In this document: piece after piece, positions 39,916 through 52,705 of the stretch
How the letters are laid out: each line of letters starts with the position of its first letter
Numbering within the stretch: the stretch's first letter is position 1
Assembly: GCF_009914755.1 (NCBI RefSeq)
Contig: NC_060931.1
Strand: one strand, 5' to 3'
Length of the DNA stretch: 64,000 nt
Source: the human T2T-CHM13v2.0 reference genome, Homo sapiens
Program-made: the position numbers and the translations under genes
Notes under the pieces: model-generated
Database searches by the model: none
Seen by the model: the letters and a program-made list of their open reading frames with translations, nothing else
What the model was told of the DNA's origin: nothing

Positions 39916-40786
39916 TGTAGTGAATTCTTATAATTTTGTGTGGCTTCAACATCCACTTTGAATATAGGTTTAACTTCCTTGTCACCCTTGACATGGTGCC
40001 TAGTTCTTTACCTGCTCCCAGTTCCTGAGCATGGTTGACCTGGACATCTGCCCTATAAATCATCCCCTGCTGACCACTTTCCTATGAGACAGCTGGATAC
40101 AACCTACTTGACTTACCTCACTGACTCCCACCCCCAGCATGGATCTCACAGATGTGCCACAGTGATCATGTCTCAGTTGCAGCATGACTGCACGGAGCTG
40201 ATGCCTGCTGGCTCTAATCAATTAGAACTCCCCTTGGGAAGCCTGCTGGGATAATGCCTTGGACTCCAATGAACACTTTGGCCCGTAGGTCCCTTGTTCT
40301 CTCTCTTGTTCCCCATCCACTGTTTGAACGTTTGTTTCCCTGTTGGCTCCTCCTTTCCCACTGGCCCTGTGAAGCATGCTGCCTTCTTCTCTCTGGGATC
40401 TGTAAGAAACTGCTTCTGTGATTTCATGGATTTTGTTGAGTTGCCTCCTCTTTCTCATCTGATCCATAGACCAGAGAATAACTTCTCTCCTGGGCAGGGC
40501 TTTCCTAGACATTGGCTATCTTAGTAGGAATAAACTGAACACAGGTGAGACATGATCCACAAGGGCAGTAAAAATCAGTTTCTGTGAAAGTGATAGCTGG
40601 TCACAAGTGACACTTAGGTATCAGCCCATCCACAAGGATAAAGAAGTATCTTATGAGAGGCACACTGCAAACATCTATCACCAAATTCCTGAATCAGGGA
40701 AGTGCTAGAGTTTATCGCACTCATGTGAGAGAGACCTGAAGACTAAATTAGAAAGAAAGAAAGAAAAAAACAACACACACACAACA
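39916..40786 (+). mobile_element. MER54-type ERVL solo LTR, full length
   Basis: Starts tgtagtgaattcttataatttt, ends ...caaca; perfect 5-bp TSD gaagc. Confidence 0.85.
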
Positions 40787-41114
40787 GAAGCACAAATACA
40801 GTCTCCCAGTTTGGCACCCACCCTTTGAGTGAGGTACCTGTATGACAACACAGTCAAGAACTTGGGCAGCCACTGTTTTCAAAGTGCTGGTGACTTTCCA
40901 GGCAGCCTGCTACATCCTCCTTTAGCAGTGCTTTCAAATGTCATGCAAAGTTACAACTTGTCACCTTTATTTTCCCCAGATTAATAACGTCCTACCATTT
41001 AACACCGTCAGAACAATTCACATTCCACCTTCTTCTCTGCTTCATAGTTGTGTATAAAGTTGCTTCCTTTCTCCACTAGAAAATGGGCCAAATTGAAAAA
41101 TAATTAAAAAAGGA

Positions 41115-42115
41115 AACTTTTAATTTCAGAATTAGTTTATATTACAGAAAGTTTGCAAAGAGAGTTCTTATATATTTCACACCCATTTGCCCCATTATCA
41201 GCATCATATATAAAACCACACCATATATATATTCATATATTTATATATATTCATATATATATGAATTCATATATATAAATTCATATAGATATAAATATAT
41301 GAATATATATGAATTCATATACAAATATTTTTATATATGATTTCATATATATTCATATATTTATATATGAATTCATATATATTCATATATTTATATAAGA
41401 ATTCATATATATATTCATATATTTATATATATGAAATCATATATATAGGGCATGTTTATTTGTTACAATTAATGAATATTTTGGTAAGAGGATTTTTTTT
41501 TTAAATCATGAATGGGTTTTGGATTTTATCAAGTGGTTTTCTGCATCAATTGATATAGTAATATGATTTTTTAAAAAATTTAGCTTATTGATGTGATGGA
41601 TTAATTAATTGATTTCAAAATGTTGAGCCAGCCTTGAATATATGGGATAAATCCCACTTGGTTGTGGTGTATAATTCTTTTGATACATTATTGGATTGAT
41701 TTAAAGCTAACATTTTGTTTGAAGTTTTCCACCTATTCTCATAACAGATAATTGTTCTTAATTTTCTTTACTTGTAATGTCTTAATTTGATTTTGGTATT
41801 GGTGAAATTCTGGTATCATAGAATAAGTTATGAAGCATTCTCTCTGCTTCTATTTTGTGGAAGATATTGTGGAGAACTGGTATTGTTTCTTCCTTAAATG
41901 CTTGATAGGATTCACCATTGAAAACATCTGTGCTGGTGTTTTTTTCTTTTTTTGGAAGGTTTTTAAACATTGATTCAATTAATGTAATAGATATATGTTA
42001 GTAGATCACACTGATTGATAGTACTATTCAGGTCATTTGATTTTCTGTTTTCTTAATCTATCCATTATTGAAAGATGGGTATTGAAGTCTGCAATTATAA
42101 TAATGGATTTGTCTC
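41115..42115 (-). mobile_element. Internally deleted old L1 (3'UTR, RT-region and EN-region pieces)
   Basis: ORF 41782-41970 (NLPKK...DVFNGESYQAFKEETIPVLHNIFHKIE...FY...IPK) matches L1 ORF2p. Confidence 0.88.
41223..41447. repeat. Palindromic AT-rich repeat
   Basis: ~30-bp units attcatatatattcatatatttatatatga in both orientations. Confidence 0.92.
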
Positions 42116-42835
42116 TCCATATATACATATGGTAACTCAATGGAGCTCCTCACAGTGCCGGTGCAATGATGTTTGCAGAGAAAGACCTTCTGTTTTGAGC
42201 CTGTGATTGGTTATGAGCCAGCCTCCAGAATCTGGGAGACTTGTTGAGAACTAGGATGTACATGCCCAAGAGAACTTCTCTGAAAAGTAGAGGGGACAAA
42301 GCTAAGTGTAAGTTGGGGGCAGGGGAAGAGAGAGGGGACTCTACCTGGCAGAGTTGATAGAGATTTAAGACTTTGGAAGGAATACTTGTGGTGAAGAGTT
42401 TAGATGTGACACTCTGGGCCCCATGCAATGAGATGCCTCCTATAGAAATCATTGATTAAATATAGAGAAGGAAAACACTTCATTCTGTTCATATCTCATG
42501 AGTCACAGAATCAAGGAAATAAGTAGTTCACTTGATTTTGAGTCCCGGGTTCTTTGCAAAGCAACACTGTGGCCTCACAATAACCATAACATTTGCCTCT
42601 AAATGAACACCTTTCCTGAGTTACTTTCATGGCTTACCAGTACAAACTGACTTTTATGACAAATTGAGCAATAACTTAAAGACTACTTTTCCAGCATGTT
42701 TTAAGCTACTATGTTAGCAGTGCTACACCAAAGTACTCCTACAAATTAAACAAATAGGCTTAAAAAGCAAATATTCAGATATCTTATAATGGCCAATACT
42801 GCAATAATGTATGGTTCTAATTTTATTTTGTTTTA

Positions 42836-43155
42836 GACACAAATGTTCATAGCAGCTTTATTTGTAATAGCCCAAAACTGGAAACAACCCAAATGGCCAT
42901 CAATAGGTCAATGAATAAACAAATTATGGCATATCCATTTGATGGAATACTACTCAGCAATGAAAAGGAATGAACTGTTGGTATATATACAACAACATGG
43001 GAGAATCTCAAAGTAATTATGCTGAGTGAAAGACACCAGACCAAAAAATAAAGGAAAATTAATCCAAAGTGACAGAAAGCAAACCAGTGGTTGCCTGTGA
43101 AGGGCCAAGAGAAAGGGATTATGGAGGGGCACAAGCAAAGTTTTGGGGTGGGGAC
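42836..43155 (+). mobile_element. L1ME/MD ORF2 end and 3'UTR
   Basis: atgttcatagcagctttatttgtaatagcccaaaactggaaacaacccaaatg. Confidence 0.88.
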
Positions 43156-44717
43156 TGTTTACAATGAGAAGGGAAAGAATGCCAGGCCAGGATGTCAATC
43201 AACATGGGTGGCTCTAGAGAATTCTGAGCCCCTGTGGCCCATGGAATGCAGGTTGCACCTGCTTTACCATCCCAATGACCTCTCTTGTGTCTGAGACCCA
43301 CTCACTCAGCAGCCTTGAGAAGCGCAGGCAAATGCATTTCCAGATCCAACCCCTGTCTTCAGTTGGAGTCACTCATGACAGTCACGAAACCAAGGTGGGA
43401 AGAGTTTGCTTCACTCTCTAGTGTGTTTCTCCTCTGTCTGCCAACTGTGGGATATAAGAGCATGTGGGCTCCTGTTCCATTCACTTTAGTCCCAAACGCT
43501 GTTGCATCACAACAAAAGTAATGGCTGGGCTGCAGTGGAGCTGTTATCCTGAATTCCAGCCCCCACATCTCCTGACATTATGTTGTCTCAACATTCTTCC
43601 AAGTTCACAAATTAGAAGCTGAGGTCTAGGAATACTAAGCCTTGAGGCAATGCAGCTACTCATGAATAGATCAATTTCTTCCAGTTCTAGTTAGCGTCTT
43701 TACATTCTATGATTCAAAATTATACCTTATTTTTAGAAGATAAGATCAGTTTTCACTGAAGCAATTTCGCTTGGAGTTGCCACCTCCCTTCCCTGCACTC
43801 TTGGTCTTGAATTCCAGCTCTTTAAACCTTGACCTGGATGTTGACCATGTTCTCATCCACCCTGACACTGGCCCTGCTACCCTGCCTGCCTCTCTGACCT
43901 TGAACTTGCTTCCCACTTTGTCCTGAGCATTCCCAGCTGGCTCTCTAGTTTTCTTTCAATTTACACATATACCTGCATTAATTCCTTATTTTATTTTATT
44001 TCAACCTACTCTATGCCTGGCCTTATGTTAGAGCTACAAAAATGCACGTGCCACAGTCCCAGAACTCAATCCTCGGGTTAAAGCACACACTGGTGGTAAG
44101 AGCTCTCCTAGAGGTGGGTATCCCTAAAATGCTTAAAGATCAAGAAGCAGAGAGACATTGGCACTGTATAGAGTCACATATGAGTCTTCACACTCAAACC
44201 CAGAAAGAAGAGTGTCTGAAGGAAACTGTGGGGAAAGTATCTTAGAAAAAGGAGAGAGATTAGCCAAGCACTTGGAAGCATGGAAAGGTTAGGAATGTCT
44301 TTGGAGACATAAGCTCCAAGCCAAGTAGATAATCAAGTGTTTTCCCCTACAGATGAGGCATTCTGAGGACTAACATTTCCTCCCTGTCAGTTGGTGGTAC
44401 TCGAAATAAATACACTCAGGATGAGCCTGTGTCACATTCAATGAGAACAACTCAGGTGGAGTCACATTTACTTCTGCATCACATTTAATAGACCCAAACA
44501 ACATGCAAATAGACCCAATGCCTCTGCCAAACCCCTCCTTCCCCTTCAGGGCTCACCCATACCTCCATCACTGCAAGGAGACCCCTGTGGTGTAAGTGCT
44601 GTTTTAAAAGTCCCTCCCTGTTTAGACTGAGCTTCACATGGAATGGGGTTGTCGTATTTTCTAGGTCACAGCAACAGGACTAAATATATACAAGACAGCA
44701 TCTAAACTAAGCTATAA

Positions 44718-45014
44718 TTTTTTTTTTTTGAAACATGGTCTCTCTCTGTTACCCAGGCTGGAGTGCAGTGGTGAGATCTTGGCTCACTGCAACCTCTGCC
44801 TCCGGCTCAAGCGATTCTCCCACCTCGGCCTCCTGAGTAGAGTAGCTGGGACTATAGGCATGCACCACCACGCTGGGCTAATTTTTGTATTTTCAGTAGA
44901 GACAGGGGTTCCCTATGTTACCCAGGCTAGTCTCAAACCTCTGACCTCAAGCCATCTGCCTGCCTCGGCCCTCCAAAGTGCTGAGATTACAGGCGCGTGC
45001 CACAGAGCCGGGTC
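44718..45014 (-). mobile_element. AluJ
   Basis: J-type diagnostics ctcaagcgattctcccacc and tgttacccaggct; TSD taagctat(c)aattt. Confidence 0.93.
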
Positions 45015-45999
45015 TAAGCTATCAATTTATAAATGTTTAATTGGACAAACTAGCATGGAAGGACCCTCGATTCAAAGTTGAGGGAGCTATAGCAGTGGCC
45101 CCCACAGCCAGAGTCCCAGGGCCTTCCCTCCAGTCCCTGCTCCCACCTCCTCAGTCAGTGGCATCCGCTCCATGCTGTTGCTTACCCCGCTCCAGTCTCT
45201 CACTGCCACTAAACCATCATTTCTCAGTAGGAAAAGGGCAATGACCTTTGCCCTGTCCCCATAGTTTCCCTGGATTTGTGAGTGAATAAATGAATAAATT
45301 AATGACTAATGACAAAAACGTCTTTCAAACTTTTATTCATAATAAAAATTTTCCTACATCTTTACCTCATTAGAATCTCTTCCCTCTGCCCTTCCTCCTG
45401 CCCTGACTCTTCTTGCAGGGGTGCAGTCATCTGTCTGAAAAAAATATTTCCTCTCCTTTATTCCATCCCTGATTCCTGCCCTGTCCTGACCGTTAACCAT
45501 CCTCCTCCAAAATCAAGGCCATGTGGTGAGTCTTCCAGGTACTTTTCCAATCAAGAATCAGGTGCCTGCTTTGAAATTTCAATGATACTTTGTTTAAATT
45601 CCCCATCATTCCATGTCAATGCACCCTTGCTTGCCAAAACCTTGGCACTGAATGCTGGCTCCCGCTTTGTGGAGTAGAATGTGCTGCTCACATTCTCCGC
45701 AGCTCTGGAGAACACATTAATGGGTAAATGACTCTCACTGGCCTGTCTGATGAGAATGTTCTGCCTTCACGTTGACGCAAGCAGAACAACTGATCTCTCC
45801 GGTTTTGTGCTTGTCTCACCATCAGGTGACCAGGCAGGGCCTCATCAGTTACCCCCAAAGATCCTGAAATTCAGATATCTTTTGTGTTTAATCTGTTGTT
45901 TTGACTGGTGTAACTCACAAACAATAACAGCATGGGAGAGCGGAGGGGCCACAGCTTTGCCTCTAGACAGAGAGCCATCTGAGCTGCTGTAGAGTTCCA

Positions 46000-46135
46000 A
46001 TACTTAACCTCTCTGAACTTGGCCTTATTCATCAGAAAGTGAAGAATAACAACTTAAATCTTGCACAAGGGTGGTGAGGACTAGCAATGGAAATAGAAAA
46101 CAACCTCACACATGGGAAGGGCTTGCTACTTCATT
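46000..46135 (+). mobile_element. MIR
   Basis: tacttaacctctctga...ggtggtgaggact. Confidence 0.6.
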
Positions 46136-46877
46136 CAGTAAAATAAACAACCACTATCACCACCACAAAATAAAACAACAAACATCGACAATAGTTTCTG
46201 ATAGCAGCAGAAACTAATATTTGCAGGAGGAAATGTACACTATGGGAAAAGAAATCATATTTGCTTTTTGCTTTATGAAATATTTCTGTAGCTAAAGACT
46301 GATCAAGAAATTTTTTTCTTATAAATGTCTATATATAATGTTCTATTTTCCTACTTTATTTAAAAATGAAAGATATTACTTATATGATAGAAGTATTTAA
46401 AGAAGAAAATGTATATTAGCTTAATTTAAAAACCATTTGAAAGTGACTAGTGTATCTTTTTCTGTTAAAATTAATCATGATGAATTACTAAATTACTAAA
46501 TACATGCTAAATTATCTAGTTATTTCTGAGTTATGTCTCCTCTTCTACAAAACTCAAAACAATAACAGGAAATACAGCCTGGAAATCCCCCAAATATTAT
46601 CAAGTGTTGCCTCAGTGTTCCATAAACATAACAGTCTCTGAGTAGCTCATATTTGGTTTCCTGGGATCTGATCTCTCTCCTTCTCTTTCCTTTCTTTTTG
46701 TCTTTACTTGGCTGAATTAAATAGGCACACAATGCATTGGCTAGTATACCATTTGCTGTACATGATATAAAAATAATCGGATATGACTTCTGCTCCTAGG
46801 GCATCTGCACATAAATTGTAGAAGGATATAAGGCCTAAATTACCTGTTAGACTTTTTAAATTTTTTTTTAATTTTAG

Positions 46878-47065
46878 CTTTTTCCAGCTTTATTGAGGTA
46901 TATAAGAAAATAAGAATTGGAATACAGCCTGGAAAATAAGAATTGCATATATTTAAATAAAATTTGTATACATCTAAAGTATACAATTTGATATATATAT
47001 ACATATATGCATTGTGAAATATCCAACATAATCCAGCTAATTAAAATTTTCATCACCTCTGTCAC
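46878..47065 (-). mobile_element. L1MA/MB extreme 3' end
   Basis: cagctttattgaggtata...cattgtgaaat...gctaattaa...catcacctc. Confidence 0.75.
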
Positions 47066-47276
47066 CCAGAGCAGCTTTCAATACACTGTGTTTTGAGGCA
47101 TGAGGGTGTCATAGAGGATACATGTTACATGTTTTGGAGTGCAATTTGGACCCACTGTCAAAGAAATCAGGGCAACATTGCAGAATTTAACATCTTTTGG
47201 AGGGCTACAGTGTATATTTGCATATTAAAACCTCCAAAATTTCCTACTCTAAGGAACCTGTTTGGTTTTGCTTTAC

Positions 47277-47586
<310 letters not shown>

Positions 47587-47854
47587 TGTTTTTGCCTTTT
47601 TTTTTTTAAGAATTGTTATTGATCTCGTAAACTTGTCCAGATTTTGGCTGTGGAAAGCAGAGCCCATACCCAATCTGTAGCTACACACACTCTTCGAGCG
47701 TGCCTAGGTGAGCCAGGGTTGAGTACCAGGAGATTCCTCAAAGATTTGGAGTAATAAAGTTAGGAATAGGATATGAATAGGAGGAATGATTTCACTAGTA
47801 AGAAATTACTTTTTATATTGTAAAATAAAATGCAAAATTTATATTTTGGGTTAT

Positions 47855-48075
47855 TTAATGGACACTCTGTTTGCTGTGTGCCAGGCATTGTCCTAAACAT
47901 ATCACAAGTACAGAGTTGTGTAATCCTCACCAGCCCCTATGGAGTGTATTGTTATCCTCATTTCCCAGATGAGGAAATTGGAGGTACAGTTTTTAACTCA
48001 TTTCCCAAGGTTTCACAGTATCATGTGTTAGAGAGGCACCAGCACCCGCCTATCTTATTCTGATTCCTTGCTCTT
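47855..48075 (-). mobile_element. MIR
   Basis: tgtgccaggcattg...taatcctcac...cagatgaggaaattg...cccaaggt. Confidence 0.75.
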
Positions 48076-48548
48076 AGCTGCGTTCTCTTGCCCTTGTGCA
48101 ATATTGAAATAAGACATGAGGCTGCTAGCACATTCTGCCTCTTAGAGGACTTCTCCAGGCAGTTCCTCTCACCCTCATGACAATGTGTGAACTCTCCCCA
48201 GTCTCTTGGTCTATTTTAGTGTTTATGTTGGAGAAGCACTAACCCGGAGCATTTCTCTTTGGTGTTTGGAAACATCTGTCTTTCTTTAGAGTTCATTATG
48301 CCCCTTTCTCCTCCCCAGGTGATGGTATAATCCCTAAGGACAAGAGCCTTATCATAATCTTTGTTTCTCTCTTGATCAGCTCACAGGATGCCTGTGTGTC
48401 ACCATGTACTTGTTCACCATGGCCTGAGTGAAATTGAGGTTGTCAACAGATAAGGAATCATCTCACTTGCAGATGTCTGTGGATATACTGTATAGTTGTG
48501 AGACATCTAGATTCTGTGTTGAAATATCTAATTATTCCAGTTGATAAG

Positions 48549-49355
48549 TGCTATGGTTTTAATGTGTCCCTCAAAATCCACATGTTGAAAACTTAATTTC
48601 CAAAGCAACAGTTTTGAGAGGTGTTTGGGTTATGAGAACTCCGCTCTCATGAATGAATTAACGTTGCCTGTCTCAATATGTTTTCTGTTGCTTAGAACAG
48701 AATACCTAAAACTGGGTAATTTATAAAGAAAAGGAGCTTATTTCTTACAGTTTTGGAGATGATAAGTCCAAGGTCCAGGGACTGCATCTTGTGAGGACCT
48801 TCTTGCTGGTAGGGACTCTGCAGAGTCCCAAGGTGGCACAGGGCACCACATGACAAGGGGGCTGATTATGCTAGCTCTGGTCACTTTCCCTCTTCTTATA
48901 AAGCCACCAGTTCCATTCCCATGACAACCAATTAACCCATTAATTCCTGAACCCATTAATCCATGAATGGATTACTCTTTTCATGAAGGCAGATCCCTCA
49001 TGATCAATCACCTCTTAAAGGCTCCACCTCTCAATACTGCCACATTGGGGATTCAGTTTCTACATGCATTTTTGAGGGGACAAAGATTCAAACCATAGCA
49101 TTGCCATAACAAGGGCTTTCAGGAGTGAGTTCTCTCTCTCCCACTCTTCTACTATGTGAAAACACAATGATCCTCCTCTCCAAAGGAGTCAGGGATCAAG
49201 GTGCCACCTTGGAAGCAGAGAAACTGGGTCATAATCTGCAATACCTTCATATTGAACTTCCCAGCCTCCAGAATTGTGAAAGAATAATTTTATATTCTTT
49301 ATAAATTACCCAGTTTTATGTATTCTGCTATAGCAGCACGAAATGGATGAAGACA
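48549..49355 (+). mobile_element. MSTD-like MaLR LTR split by a second LTR
   Basis: tgctatggttttaatgtgtccc...atagcagcacgaaatggatgaagaca. Confidence 0.85.
48669..49100 (-). mobile_element. MSTC-like LTR nested antisense in the MSTD-like LTR
   Basis: tgtctca...caaaccatagca; perfect TSD ttgcc. Confidence 0.9.
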
Positions 49356-49360
49356 GTACA

Positions 49361-49717
49361 TATGATGGTTAATTTTATGTCAGCTTGACTGGGCTCCAGG
49401 TGCCCAGATATTTGGTCAAATATTATTCCGCATATGTCTGTGAGTGTGTTTCTGGCTAAGATAAGTATTTGAATCCATAGAATGAGTAAAGTACATGATC
49501 CACTGTCACCGATTTGAGTGGCCATCATCCAACACATTGAGGGTCCAAATGGAACAAAAAGGCTGAGTAGGAGGGACAACTCCTGCCTGACTGTTGAGAT
49601 GGGTATCTTTTCCTGTATTCAGGCTTGAACTGAAACATTGACTCTTCCTTGGTTTCAAGCCTACTAATTGTAGATCTTGGCCCTGTCAGCCTCCACAGCC
49701 TTGTGAACTAATTTTAA

Positions 49718-49760
<43 letters not shown>

Positions 49761-49868
49761 CCAAACTTGCTGCGTTAGTCAAGTTAGTCAGGGACCTCCA
49801 GGAAACAGACCAACAGGAGATATTAGGAGACAGATGGTTCTGTTTCTGAGAGAGGCCTGACTAATACA
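49361..49868 (+). mobile_element. MLT2C/D-type LTR
   Basis: tgatggttaattttatgtcagcttgactggg...cctgactaataca. Confidence 0.9.
49719..49758 (+). repeat. (TATC)10 tetranucleotide STR
   Basis: Ten perfect units counted. Confidence 0.97.
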
Positions 49869-51287
49869 GCAGCTTTGGAATATTGTTGACAGAGCGCCCA
49901 TCCGTCACCTCTTCACTTCCTCCTTTAAGAAGCCATGACTATGTTGGAGACTGAAGGCAACTTTAAAAGTAACACAGGGGATGTGAACAGCCCTAAATAC
50001 ACCTCACCTAATATTCCAAGGTGTCAAGAATTACTCCAGTCCAAGCCTGGCTGAGAGAGAAAAAATTTCGTGAAAATTGTTAAAGCTGATTTCATAATTA
50101 TCATGTCCATCTTATCCCAGAATTCCTTTTGTCTCAGAATATTTTATAAAAAATGGATATTTCTAGTTTGTTCTTTCAGAGATTCCAGTGGTCTTTTATT
50201 TACCACAAAGCTGGTAAGTTCAGCATGAAGCAGAGAATAGCCAGTTACACTATATTGGGTTTCATAGGCCTTAATTCAATCAGATAAACTGCGGGTCATG
50301 TGGGCACTCTTAAGCAAGGAAAGACACAGTTGGAAAGAACAGAAGCTGCATGCCCATGCATTGACAGTGATTCAGTCCTGGAGACCTCAATCTGCAGGGG
50401 TGAGATCACGTAGAAACTTTTATAGTTGGCCCTCTTTCTGAAGGCTTTTAGCCCCTCATCTTAATTTTAGGCCTAAAGGATTCTTAATATGGGAGGGACA
50501 ATCACTGACTGAAGAGAAATAGATATTGTTATGAGTGCAGGTTTCCTTTGGACAAGATAAATTAGGCTGTCATATTCTTGCCCTCTGGGATGTTTTTGGC
50601 AATTGGGACTTCTGCAGCTAATTTCATTTTTGTGTTTTGTTGCTGTTTGTTTGTTTTGCTGTTGTTGCTGTAGTTTCTACTTCTTTGCCCTTTTGTCTTG
50701 ATTCTTGGAAAAACTCTTTCCCTTCTTTCAATTTACTAATTTGTTTTTTTGCATTGCTTTGTTCTTTTTTTAAAAGCTGTTTTTCAGCCTATCTATTGAT
50801 TTTTTAAAAATACCTTTTTAATACCTGCCCATCTTCTCAAATCTCTTTGAAGATACTAATCTTAATTTAAATTTCAAATATATTCCTACTTATTTGTGTT
50901 GGTTTCTGATATACATGTGGTGACTTGCGTGTGTGTCACTTCTGTAACCAAATATCTGGATCTCACAGTTCTTGATGGGTATGAGTTTCTCAGCCCCTGT
51001 GGGACCCAGCACTCAGGACGGGCTGCAGGTGGCCTGGCCTCATTTCCTCTGGATGCTGGGCATTCAGAGTCTCTGCCTTGCTTCTGAACACCAGCACATT
51101 TCCAGAACTTTCTGCAGCTGCCCATTCCATTAATGAGTGAGAAGGGGAGAACCTCAAAATCTCATCATTTCCAGTGTGTGTGTTTAACCAATTGCTCTAT
51201 TTTTTCTAAGATATGACTTTTACTTCTTTAGTGGCTCTCTCAGTGAACCATTAGCTGAAATTGATGAAACTCTAATTGATTAGTGAA

Positions 51288-51408
51288 GAATCTAATTAAT
51301 GAAGAAACGTTTGAATCCATAGAATGAGTAAAATACATGATCCACCCTCACCAGTGTGAGTGGGCATCATTTAACTGGCATCATCAGGTTTCTTCATTAA
51401 TTAGATTC
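51288..51408. repeat. Perfect 21-bp inverted repeat enclosing an MLT2-derived 66-mer
   Basis: gaatctaattaatgaagaaac (51288-51308) / gtttcttcattaattagattc (51388-51408). Confidence 0.95.
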
Positions 51409-51685
51409 CATTTGTTTACTCTCCTCCAAGAAATCCTTCTAGTCTCTGCTCCTCAGATGATGTCATTCCTTGCTTTCTGGTTCAGATATAAATTTAAATA
51501 CATCTTCTAGGATGTTGATAGAGATGGAATTCATCTTAGGACAGGCAACAAGAGCATATGCATTTGTTTTACAAGTTTGGTTTATTCTTCTTTCTCCCAA
51601 ATGAATTCATCTTCTGCTGACCTTCCTACTGTCCTTTACCAATCACAGAAAAGTAGGCCCTAGTTTCTTCTTCCTATAATCTCCA

Positions 51686-51760
51686 CACATACACAGGCAC
51701 ACATATATACATAGCACACACACACATCCACACACACACACATCCACACACACACACATA
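51686..51760 (+). repeat. Imperfect (CA)n
   Basis: Seen directly. Confidence 0.85.
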
Positions 51761-52705
51761 CGCCCAGGCCACAGCCCTCCTTCTGGCTCTTTCTTAACAG
51801 CCATGCTCCATAGACAGGAGCTCAATTTCCTTCGTGCAGCCCCCACTGCCCCTCTGAAATGCCCAGCGGAGTGTGGCTCCGGTCCTGCTTAGCTGAGCTG
51901 GCAGTGGAAGCCTCCAGGCCACAAAAGGCTGGGAGTCTCCAGGGCCAGAACCCAGGGCGGTGCAGCTGCTCTCCTTTTCCCTGTCTTTCACGTTCTCAGC
52001 CACATCTTTTTATTTAAAAAAGAAAACTTCCACGAATCATAGAGCTATCTTCTTGAACTTTGAAATTAGAACATTTAAACACTTATTCTCCATTCATTTA
52101 ATCATGTTAGGGAAATCCAGTTGCCTCCCTCACCCACCCCTCGTTCGTATGTCCCACAGCCATCGCCCACCCAAAGGCCTCTCTCCATGTTGTGATCTTG
52201 TTCCATCCCCTCCCTAAGCCCTGAAATTCCTGCTGTGTCATTAGAATTTACCATTTATCTAGGAAGAGGCCAAATGAAATCACAGGTTGCTCAACCCTGT
52301 GCAGCTGATGAGCCGTACTTTCCTGGTAGACACCTGAGCACGTGGAGTTCTGCGGGGCTTTTGCGCCGCCCTCCTCTCATGACAGTGGAGATAATGCCTT
52401 TACATATCTCCAGGAATTGGCATAGCATGAAACTGCCTGGAGGAATGTGTTCTAAATTAAATGATTTCTAGTCATGTCTTCAAAGAGAGAGACAGAGAAA
52501 AATGATGCAGAACCATGTTCCTACATCTTCTACTTTACAGAGCCTTTAATGAGCACCTGATACACGCCAGGCCTTTTGCTAAGAGTCTAAGAGGTGGGGC
52601 AAGAAAAAATGATATTTAGATGAATTTGTGTTTGAGGCCTTCAAGAAGTTTATGGTAAAGCAGGAATGTTGGTCATATATACACATTAGGAAAATGGAAT
52701 GCAGT

